A stretch of 35,342 bases of DNA from Craspedostauros australis (Eukaryota). Below the pieces are notes generated by a model. The model did not search any database, had not been told where the DNA came from, and saw only the letters and a program-made list of their open reading frames with translations. The DNA is taken from NCBI GenBank assembly GCA_030167865.1, contig JALAGF010000713.1:1-35342 (forward strand), read 5' to 3'. Positions 10,201 through 20,308 of the stretch are shown one piece after another. The position numbers and the translations under genes are program-made. Positions within the stretch are counted from its first letter, which is position 1. Each line of letters opens with the position of its first letter.

Positions 10201-13200
10201 CTTAACACCTTCAGTCTCTACTGCATCGTAGAACACGGTGTCTTCGTCGACGACTTGGGGCTCATCCACGTCTTGGTTTTCGTCTGCATCGCCGCCCATC
10301 TCGTTGACGTTGCTGTTAGCGTTACTGCCATCGAAGTCGTTATTCTGCGTTGTATCAACGACCGCATTCACCGACTGCAACTCACTAGCTGAATCCAGCA
10401 TTGGAGGGCTCGAATCTTCTTCAAGGACTGATTCATCCAAGTTTGGAATCACTTCCTCATGATTTGGCGGCGCATCATTCACAGGTCGTTTTCGAAAACC
10501 CCAGAACTTGTGCGGCTCGTCAGAAATGGAAGAAGGCGGCGGAGACGCTGGTGGGGATGACAGTGCTTGCGAGGCTGGCGTTGCCACATCGCTTCCACCA
10601 CGCACCTTTGTTTGGTATTGGATTCCGAGCACTGGGTCGTACACCGTGACAAATACGCCCTTAGCCACCTTGTCTTCGGTCGCGGCGGCATCCTCCTGTG
10701 GAGGCTGAGGCTCGGGCGTGCTTGCCAGAGCCTGACGCAGAGCTTCATAGGAGGTGCTGGCTTCATTAGTCTTGTCCAGACCTCTTGCTTCCAACAGATC
10801 GATGGAGGCTCTCATGGCTTCGAGGGTCGCCTTCGACCGGCTTGTGCTTGGTTGGTAGTACGATGTATGCTCCACAGAGTCCAACGGTATCAATTTGGGG
10901 TTAGGATCGGTGATGTCCATGGCGTTGTTGGTTGTCGTATCTGATGGAATGCCATCCGCACGAGCATCTTGCTCCTCAAACCGCTTCCCGTACTCCTCCA
11001 TCATGCGTTGTGAAACTTCCACGGCAGCAGATGTGGACTGCGCTCGCCGACCTGTCGGTGAGTACAAGCCCTCGACCTTATCCGGATCAACACGGATCAA
11101 TTTGGGGGTTGGGTCCATGAAGATGTCACGATCGAATTCTTTGGCCTGCTCGGTGGAAATGGGGTCTTGTGACTGTTGGCTCTTCTGCTCCAATGCATCC
11201 AACAGCTGCTGCGATGCACGCATGGCAGTCAGTGTTGCGGTGTCAATTGCTGTTTGCGGAGAGTAAAGCTTGAGGTCTCGCACCTCATCCAGCGAGATGA
11301 GCTGTGGGGCATCATTGGTGATTTGGCCAGCTTCATCTTCCACCATTGGAGTTAGGCCGTCGATCTCATCTTCCTGACCCAATGCGTCTTCGTGTTGCTG
11401 TCGAAGCCGCTGCATCATAGCGATTGAAGCTTCCATCGCCGCCTCAGTCGCTGTTGAGCACTCCTCATCAGCTTGAAGCCTTTGGCGCTGCAGCAATCGG
11501 AGGCGCTCCCGTTCCGCGGAGGCAGCTTTGGACGTGGTGGCGTATTCCAGATCCACGCCCCACAAAGATTGCGATATGCGCACAACGCTCGCATCTTTGT
11601 CGTCCAGTCGCATTGCGCCGGAAGTATCTACCACTGCAGTCCCATCGGGTGCAGCAGCAGCAGCAGCAGCAGCAATGACGGTCTCTGAAATGGGAGATGC
11701 AATATCCTCCACTGCGGATGGGCCCAAATGGAAGTCATCCGACGACACGCCATCATCAACACCCACGCCTGCTGCATCAACGGCAGCGTTGAGTTCGTTA
11801 TAGCCGTTGTTGTTGACATGGACATTGACATCTCCATCGGTTGACTCCTCGTACATGCCAGCATCAATAGTAATACTCGCCTCAGCATCGACATAAGCAT
11901 CGGCCGAGGCCTCAAGTGGAATGTCGTCTTCGAGGTCTGTTTCTGCGCTGACATCAGCTGCTATTGAAACGGATGGCGTGATGCCGACAGCTGCTGCCAA
12001 CAGCTCGTCGTCTTCGCCGTCTTCCTCCTCCTCCTGCTCCTCTTGTTGATCCGCATCGGCGGCTTCGGGACTCTCCTGCATCAATTCGATCGGAGTTGGA
12101 AATGCGTCTGCAGCGGTGGAAAGTTCGACAACGGCCGCGGCGGCGCTGCTGCCTTCGGCATCCAGATCGATGGTGCTATCTGAAGATAAGTCCGAGACTT
12201 CGCCGACGTCAATATCCACTTCGATGGCTGGGACCGTTTCGATGTCATCCTGGATTGAAGCCGTGACTCTGGCTGGCTCGTCGTCAGCAATCGTTGCTTC
12301 AGCTTCATCAAATACGGTGGCTTGTTCAATTTCCAATTCCACTTCATCGTCCGTACTTGCAACAGACTCTATTTCTTCTTGCGGCATTTGGTGCGCTGTC
12401 GTGGCTACTGTTGCCGCCTCCAAAGGAAAGCCTTCCTCTTCCATGTCTTCCTCCATCTCCTCGACATCTTGCAGCACCGGTGCAGTTGCAGTCTGCGCGA
12501 TCATCTCTGCCGTCACATCTTCATCGTCGTCATCGACCGATGCCACCAATTCGTCAATCATGGCATCTAACTCGGCTGTTTCATGAGGTTGGATTTCAAG
12601 GTCTGCAGCAGTGAGCGTGCTGACTGCGGGTTCGTCCGCGACTTCATCTTGCGGTGCACCAGGTGCCACCATCTCGTCCTCAACCGGTTCTTGTCCCAGC
12701 ATTTGGTCCGCGGTGACGACATCGACATCGAGCACCTGCTGCTGTTCATCGGCTTGTTCCAACGCCGGTTGGTCTTCTTGTTGATGCGACTGCAGGGCCG
12801 TGATTGGAACGTTGGCGGAGGAAACAGAAGCAGCCACAGCCTCCAACACTTGATCCACCGGGGACGTTGAGGATTCTTGCGGGACAGCGTTGACGGGTGG
12901 CTCCTCCTCTTCAAGGTCTTGAACCGTTTCTTGAATGGTCACAGCTGCTGCGATTTGCGGAAGCTCCTCGTCCGCAATGTCGTCCGGAGTTCCAGGCGTT
13001 GCACTTGCTGCCACAGGCGAAGTACCGGATGTAGCCAACAGCTCATCCTGCTGGTCTTCCGTTTCTGTCAGGGCCGATGATGATTCCAAGTCGGACGGTT
13101 GGATCAGGACTTGCGAGATGCTGTCCTCCATCCCGCTGGCAACAGCCTGTGCCAGGTGGGGCTGTGCGATGCTGTCCACTTCGCTCGTGATCGTCTCGAG

Positions 13201-13635
13201 ATCCGCTTCCGCATCGGTCATGACGAAGTCTTCGTGATCCGACATGATGGCTTCCGCCTCCATCTTGGGACGCAAGGGATGATTCCTATCGGACAGGAAG
13301 TCATCCATCTCGCTGTCGTACTCCTCCTCGGCCGCTTCCGCCGATGCCAGCAGGAAGTCAATGTACTCATCCAGCTCTTCATCCGTCACGGTGACTCGCT
13401 TGCTCTTGCGTTTGCCTTGCTTCTTCGCGTTGTGCTGCTGCGACGATGATGATGCTCCGCCTCGCAACTGCGTGACGACTGCATTCGTAGGCTGGCGTCT
13501 CCAGGCGTGGGCCGGTTGCGCCGCATGCACCAGACATAGAGCCGCCACAATCGCCGCTGCTTTCGATGCTGGTGCTGCTGTCATGGATGATGCGCTTTCG
13601 GGCTTCGGCTTGTTTGGTGATGGATCCGAACCCAT
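7250..13635 (-). CDS. Giant acidic, largely low-complexity protein of unknown function, ~2049 aa; exons 9240-13635 and 7250-9003
   Basis: The 1476-aa and 542-aa ORFs join in frame through intron 9004-9239 (AG|GTACGA donor, TCTACCAG acceptor, no other AG for >100 nt upstream), giving 6150 nt. Hydrophobic signal-like segment AAAIVAALCLVHAAQPAHA|W, then QLRGG. The second Met (MTAAPASK) may be the true start. Confidence 0.8.
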
Positions 13636-14608
13636 CTTGTGATGTCAAAACAAACCCAAAAGATCGGTCGGATTGAGCTTCGGCTCTTGTACGAGCACGA
13701 GCACGGATACGGATACGGACACAGGTACGGGTGTGTGCGGATGTGATTGGAGACTGATGTGCTCCACTACTTGGGCTTGCGCTGAGCCTGTGACAGATGG
13801 GATGGGATTGGATGTGTCGCCTTCCTTCCTTGGTTGATCAATTGATTGATTGTATTGGTATCGGGGCGATGCTCTCCCTCTGTGTCAGTGAAGAGATGAG
13901 TTGGGTTGAGATTGTTGGCAGATCTCCCAGGTGGTGTCATCAATCAGATCTTGTTGTGTTGTGGAACTTCGCTGCGTTGATTGCTGTGTCTGTCGTTCGG
14001 ACTGCCAACCCCAAATCGTTGTTGCTGCGTGTTGCGTGTCGTGTCTCGTTGCTGATTGCCACATGGAAATTGGCGGAGGCATCCACAGAGTATCTTTTGT
14101 TGTGCAATCATGGTACACTCATAGTCCTAAAATGAGAATGGACAGACGCGATATCCACGAATGAAAACCTCAAAACAGCGAATGCAATGAAACGGGCACA
14201 CCATAATCCATCTGACAAACGCACATGTCTACAGATACGGGAACAGCTCGATCACAGTTGCCTGTGCAGTTCACACAACGTCATGTCTTGCCCGGCCGTG
14301 ATGTGTGTTTGCAAAACGACTTGGCAACGACATGGTACGATTGCGTCGTGTTTTGTGGGCTGGTCAAATTGACCACTTGGCTTGTCTACGGGCTTCCCTG
14401 TACTCGCGTCCCAGCGATTCGTGTTGGAGACGGAGAATCAGGCGAAGACAAACTCTGCATTCGTCGATTTGGGCTTGTGCGTGCGTAGCATCGCGAAACC
14501 GAAATGGGAATAGGGAAGGCAAACGGCGGAGCAGAGTGCTCTCTGCTGTGTACAATGGTTATCATCAACATGGAAGTTGTTACAATCAGTGCGTGGAATA
14601 GGGTCTAA

Positions 14609-15023
14609 GAGAGAGAGAGAGAGAGCAGGGTGGGATAGGTTGTACGGCCGATTGGAGCCTCAGTGTGGTGCTGTACGACTATGGCGTCAGCCTGAGCTTA
14701 CATTGGATACTAATGGAAAAGAGTATTCTTCGGCGCTCTGATGATTCAAATGCAGAGCGAATATTGCCCCGGATCCATGGTGTGTCCATCAGGCGGGCAG
14801 TAAGGTTGGCAACTTGCCTCTTGCGAGCACGTTGCGGCTGCCATGGTCTCCTCTGGGATGTCGAGGTAACTCCTGAGACCACCTATCGCAGTTCCCAACT
14901 GGAGAACAATCTGTGTCTCTCTAAAGAGAGAGAAAAGAGGAAGCAACATTCTGGATTTTCATCATGGTCCATGAAATTCCATTGCACCTCACTCGATGCA
15001 TCATGGATGAAGTAGAATGCTTT
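14609..15023 (-). mobile_element. Possible 5'-truncated non-LTR retrotransposon fragment with (TC)n tail and 7-bp flanking direct repeat
   Basis: GGTCTAA occurs at 14602-14608 and 15024-15030. (GA)8 at 14609-14625 abuts the left copy. The minus-strand frame (..NPECCFLFSLSLERHRLFSSWELR*VV..) has an internal stop and resembles, from memory, C-termini of diatom LINE ORF2. Confidence 0.4.
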
Positions 15024-15635
15024 GGTCTAACAGATACGGATGTCCATTCGACTCGTAGCCTGGGAGCGGAAAGGCGTAGCCATCAATGTTCTTGCAGATC
15101 GTGTTGCGGGGTCGTATCGATTCGTTGCTCTCGATACGATCGCTGACCTCTCGAGAGAGGGTGTTGGTTTGCATGAATTGCGATCGTGCGGAGCAGATTG
15201 GATCAGGCTAGCCCGCAGCACGATGCTATGCTCCGAGTTCTGTCGCAACCAGTGGCAGGAAACGTTCGGCAGTTCCACACAACGAGACCTTCCCTCGCAT
15301 TCTGTTGCCTTCGTCGTCTTGCCATGCGCGATGCCTCGCGCAATCGCAACGGTGATCTCCGACATCGCCGTGTTTGAATTGTTTGTGTCAACGCGACTAA
15401 GTGGGAAGCCCAACGAGAATGATAGGAGAATGCCCTGGTTGTTGCGATCTGCAGAAAGGAAGGAAAAGTCAATGTCGAACAGTTGTGACGAGCACCAGTA
15501 ATATTGCATACCAGTACAGTGGAACACTCCGGAAGGGAAGAACTAGAACACAGCACGGAAAGGATACGTGATGTTCGGCTCGAAATCTTGGGCCGGAGCA
15601 GAGCGGAGCCGAGCAGATTGCTCTTTTCTGTTGTG

Positions 15636-15680
15636 TCAAGTGTTGTTGCGTCAAGTGATGTTGCGCCAAGTGATGTTGTT
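15636..15680. repeat. Three degenerate 15-bp tandem units (YCAAGTGWTGTTGYK) downstream of the DUF6824 gene
   Basis: tcaagtgttgttgcg / tcaagtgatgttgcg / ccaagtgatgttgtt read directly. Confidence 0.8.
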
Positions 15681-15793
15681 GTCGTGTCTAATCTATTTGT
15701 ATTGGGTTATAACCCACGATTGTTGTTGCTGTCGCCAATGCGGATAAGAACCTATCCATCGTGTCGGCAACTACACTCTCATGCGTCCCTTGC

Positions 15794-17005
15794 TTACACC
15801 TGCGTGATGTTTGCGGATGTCTCAGATTGATCTTTTGTGTTGGCTGTGTTCACACCTGGCGCAGGGGCCGAAAAGTCTCCAAACAGAAACGGCCCGTCCA
15901 AGCCAAGCGTCGACAAGTTCAGGTTGGCGTCCGTGGTTACCCACGAGAGTGTTCGGCTGAAGGCAGCCGCATACTGATTCTGCTGGTTCTGTTGTTGTTG
16001 TTGCTGCTGCAGCCTGGCTTCATCGGTCTTCAGCGAATCCAACAAGTCGACGTTGGTCTGGGTCAAGAAGTTGGAGAGGAACATGTCGGACGGCACGGAA
16101 ACGAACGTCGTGGGCGGGATGTGAGTAGTTGGCACGACTTGGCCGACGTCCAGGAGGGCGCCGTTTGCGAAGGAGTGTCGTCGTGCAGAGGCCTGGTCCA
16201 TGATGTGGAGCTGCTTGAGGTGCTGCTGGCCTACGTTGTCGGCTTCGCCGGTGCTTGGGATCTCGGAGGGCACCGTTTCTGGAGATGGGCGCTTGGCAGT
16301 GCGCTTCGTGGCGACCTTCTTGGCGGAGAAAGCGGTGCGGCGTGGAGTTTTGGCGCGCTTGGGAGATGCAGCTGTTCGGCGCTTAGGTGAGGCGATCTCC
16401 TCTTCGCCGTTGGTGGCCAGGGCGTCGCGGCGGCGCTTCTTCGCCTTCGTGGACGATTTGTACATGGTGTGCAGAGAGTCGCGAAATGACTGTCCGACCT
16501 TTTCGCGAGCGAGATGGTCGCCGACCTCGAACCACTGACCATCGACGAACTTGACGAAACCGCCGTCATGGAGCTGCTCGTGATCCTCGCAGGACAGAGT
16601 CCGCACGTTCTCGACGACCTCTGACACAATGATGGTCTTTTCGATCTTCGACGTTGTGTTGGAGTACCGCTCCAAGGTATCGGACACCAACTTGCGGTAG
16701 CGGAGGTTTCCGGCGTGGTTCTTGGCTTCCTTGCCACGGGCGCAGATAACATCGTAGGGCCCAGGGGTGAAAGTGAGTGGAAGCGATCGCATGCCGCTCT
16801 TCGACTTCTGGCTGACCTTGCCTGTTGAGCCTGCTGATGCAACTGATGAGGAGCTTCCAGCGCCAGCGGCAGCAGCTGCTGCTGATCGGTTGTTGGCTGC
16901 GATGCGCATGATGTCTCCGTGACTTCTTGTGCTGTTGCTGATGTTGCTGGTGTTGTCGGAGAAGGATGGGGCTGGGAGGAAGGCAAGCGAGCTCTGTGGT
17001 GACAT
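15794..17005 (-). CDS. DUF6824-domain protein (diatom-expanded family), 403 aa, intronless
   Basis: Domain signature PGPYDVICARGK..NHAGNLRYRKLV..YSNTTSKIEKTIIVSEVVENVR..GGFVKFVDGQWFEVGDHLAREKVGQSFRD. It is followed by basic NLS-like KAKKRRR and SPKRR stretches and a polyQ tract. Confidence 0.9.
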   Translation of the reverse strand: MSPQSSLAFLPAPSFSDNTSNISNSTRSHGDIMRIAANNRSAAAAAAGAGSSSSVASAGSTGKVSQKSKSGMRSLPLTFTPGPYDVICARGKEAKNHAGNLRYRKLVSDTLERYSNTTSKIEKTIIVSEVVENVRTLSCEDHEQLHDGGFVKFVDGQWFEVGDHLAREKVGQSFRDSLHTMYKSSTKAKKRRRDALATNGEEEIASPKRRTAASPKRAKTPRRTAFSAKKVATKRTAKRPSPETVPSEIPSTGEADNVGQQHLKQLHIMDQASARRHSFANGALLDVGQVVPTTHIPPTTFVSVPSDMFLSNFLTQTNVDLLDSLKTDEARLQQQQQQQNQQNQYAAAFSRTLSWVTTDANLNLSTLGLDGPFLFGDFSAPAPGVNTANTKDQSETSANITQV

Positions 17006-17739
17006 GTTGATAGTGCTTGGTGAAGTGATTTCGATGTTGGGATGTGTGGATATGTGGAGGTATGCGTCGGTATGGCAGATAGTGCTTGTGTTTGTGAATG
17101 TCGGTTGCTGGACTCTGGTCTGTTCTGCGATGATTATATTGATGGGTGCTTCTGTTGCTTCTGTTGGTGGTGCGTTTGCGGTTGCGGTTGTTGGCTCGTG
17201 GGGTTGCTTTTGGATTGCGAGTGGTTCGATTTTGTGAGCTGTTGTTGTTTGGTTGGGATGATCAGATTGGATTTGTTGTTGCGGTCTCTGGTCTCTCTTG
17301 TTTACGACCCGCTAACGAACGACAGTTCGTCTTCGCTCTCGGCTGGTTGGTTTCTGTACACGATCAATGACCTTCCCCCACACGAGCAGCGTAGCAACGA
17401 GAAATCGCTCCCAGGTGAGCGTGGTGTCGTCGAGCCCCTTCACTACCCACGATAGTACGGGTAGTCTCACGCACGGCGTCGCTCTTCTCTCTCTTGCTTC
17501 AGCGAACGCTTGAATTCCGACATGAACACAACACGACGAGACGTTTCCCAAGACGGTTGTCTCTCTGTGCAGCAATAGCAAGACAGGATGTTGGTCACAC
17601 GAACAAACCGGTGTGGTGTTCGAGGATCAAACCCAGCAGAGAGTACTAGTACTGTTCCACGCGTCTCGTACCTATGTGTACTACTGATACGACCGCTGCC
17701 CTGTGCGTGCCCGGCAGTGGAGATGACTCTCTGAGACGT

Positions 17740-18200
17740 TCGGACCTTAACAACCGAGTACAACACTTAGCCTCCACCATCAATCCACGACATTGGTCAG
17801 ATACGGTGGTTTGCTCTGCATTGTTCTTCAACTGGTGCTCTTCCATGGTGAGCAGACGCTGGGGCCTTTGGAACGCTGTTGTGGTGGCGACACGAGGAGC
17901 CACCAGTACCAAGGTTCTCTTTAAGCCCTCAGTGATAATCTGCTTCCAAAGCGGGGCCGCCGTTAGATACAATTGTATCAACCATAATTATTGCATTTGC
18001 CAACGAAGGGCAATAAAGTCATGGACCTCACGGACCTCCCCGACACACCTCGCCAAAAGAAACTTGTTGATTCACACCGAATACCGTTTTTGGACCATTC
18101 ACAGTTTGATCACCTTCAATGCAGTCAAAGAGGTCGGGATTGATACAAACACGACTTGTGATTCATCATTCGGCATCCACGATCCAAGACAACTTTAGCT
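17740..18200 (-). mobile_element. Possible degenerate non-LTR retrotransposon (LINE ORF2 C-terminal region) remnant
   Basis: Stop-interrupted minus-strand peptide LWLIQLYLTAAPLWKQIITEGLKRTL...HQLKNNAEQTTVSDQCRGLM loosely resembles recalled diatom LINE motifs (WL..T.P.L..II..GL; EQ..IGW..F.RG). No gene-like codon bias. Confidence 0.25.
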
Positions 18201-20308
18201 CAGCCGGCAATACGCAAAGCACAACACACGCGCGACGGAAAAAGCGAAAGTCTTGGTTGTCCCTTTCTCACGACAGGCAAGATCCACCAAGCCCCCACGA
18301 ACAAGTCCAACAAGCCAGGAGACCACAACACAAGTTCACACATCAACATCCAAGCAAGGGACCACAGGACTGCGTTGGCCTCGGGATGCAAACCAGCGCG
18401 CACAGAAGAGGTACTCAACCCACGTCTGGTACACACATACGACTACTCACACAAGTACCATGATCTCCACAAAGTGTCACACCGGTGCACACCAACAGCT
18501 TCGCAACAGGGACGATCCTGGCGCCCACTACTCGAACGCAATACTTGCATACTTGTACCTAGTAGTAGGAGCGTAGCGAGAGACGTGAGGAAAAGGGAGA
18601 ATGGGAGGAGCCGATCAGCACATCACATCACAACACAACACATCACAGAGCACCACAAGCACACCACCACACATTGCGCGGGCGAATGAAAAAATCATCA
18701 AATTGCACTGGTACTGCACGACTACATGTGCGAGTCACATGGATTGGGTTTTGGAACACAAAAACGTGCGACCATCGTGCACAACATCAAGTTGAAGAGG
18801 AGGACTGGACGGACAAGCATGGTGATGCCGACCCTCGAATGGCGCACGGACACAAGAGGATGAGAGACTTCACCAGGTTGCTCCAGCTCCTTCTCCTGTT
18901 TGCGGTATTGGCTCCTGGACAATTGCCACAACTACCACGGCGCTTCTCCGCTTCCACCCGTGAAGCATACAAGGCATGTACACCGGATTCGCACGGTACT
19001 GTGGCAATATCGGTATTGCTCTGTGCTGTGAATCCTCTCATGAATCACAGCTCGATTCAGCAACGATGCTCGGCGTGTTGGATTGCTGCAAGACATCACC
19101 AGTCTATGGTGCGCGACTCGCCTGCCATCATGATCTCCCTCTTGAACGAATCCTGCATCCTGTCCATGGATGCTGCAACTGCACTGGACTACCCGCGCAC
19201 GGCCAGCCGTCACTGCGCCAACTGCACTTCCTCACCCATCATGGGATATTCCTACCTGCTGTATTGCTCTCCTCTTCCAACATGCCGGCGGCATCGGAGT
19301 AGAAATAGCCTTGCGCATCGCAAGGCAATCGCTCCATGCGTTCAATGGTAATCATGAGCAGATATGGATCGGCAGATACGTATTATGTCGACCATACTCG
19401 TACGTACTTGCAAGACATGCACCTACATTGCACCAAACAGCGCGACCGATGGGGATCAATAATTCTTCAACCATCGACGAGTGGTATTCCCAGCAACAAC
19501 GACGATGGGCACCACGGCGGTAGGCGTGATGGCGATGCAGATGACGCTCTCGTCACCACCCCCGCCACCGCTGCACTCGATGATGTACTCACATCCACCT
19601 TGGTCCCAGATGCCGTTCAATATCAAGAAATTCCGCATGACATGCGGATGGACTTGCAACTGCAGTCGATGACGGTTCCGCCCTACCAATTTCGCCAACA
19701 GCGCACCTGCGCAGCCTCGCAAGTCAAGAATCAACGACGGAACAGCCATGGCTGTTGGATCTATTCTTGGACTGCAAGCATGCTGGACACCATGCGTCTT
19801 CAACGTCGACGATGAACACACGACAGCATCGATCTATCCAGAGGAGCACACGCACACGCATATACACATGCAGAGAGCACATGATGACGAATCCTCGACG
19901 GTCTGCAATCTATTTCATCTGTCTACTCGTGCTACACGTCCGTGCGATGAGAGGTGCACGGCGCCATGCTGTCGCCATACTCGTATTCACGTGTGTTCGC
20001 ACGCGGTTCGCCTGGAAGAAGATGGGCGCCAGCTCAAAATAGCGTTACCGATGAACGTGGAGCCATCTGTCGTCGTGGAATCGCCAAGGCGCAGGATCTT
20101 CTGCAAGTCTTTTCTTCGGGTGTCGTCCCGAGATCGCTGGCGTAGTCGCAACCTGCTGGCCCGTACGTACCCCGAAGGCACTACCAGAGCAAAAGATGAA
20201 GCAGCGGGCGTGCCGTTGGGCAGACGGCGAAGCTATTCCAAGCCCCTCAACAGTTCCTCTCACTTCTGCTTTTGGGTTCTTTGTGCTCCTCGGCGTCTCC
20301 GGCTTGAA

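Noticed and set aside
7250-13635. Giant protein as a silaffin- or cingulin-type silica protein
   Set aside because: It lacks the dense KxxK/KSGK repeats typical of those proteins and is predominantly acidic. A biomineral role is not excluded but is not supported.
18860-19351. Signal-peptide-like start MRDFTRLLQLLLLFAVLAPG in a 163-aa plus-strand ORF
   Set aside because: The remainder looks like translated non-coding DNA, with no codon bias or motif; unsupported without transcripts.
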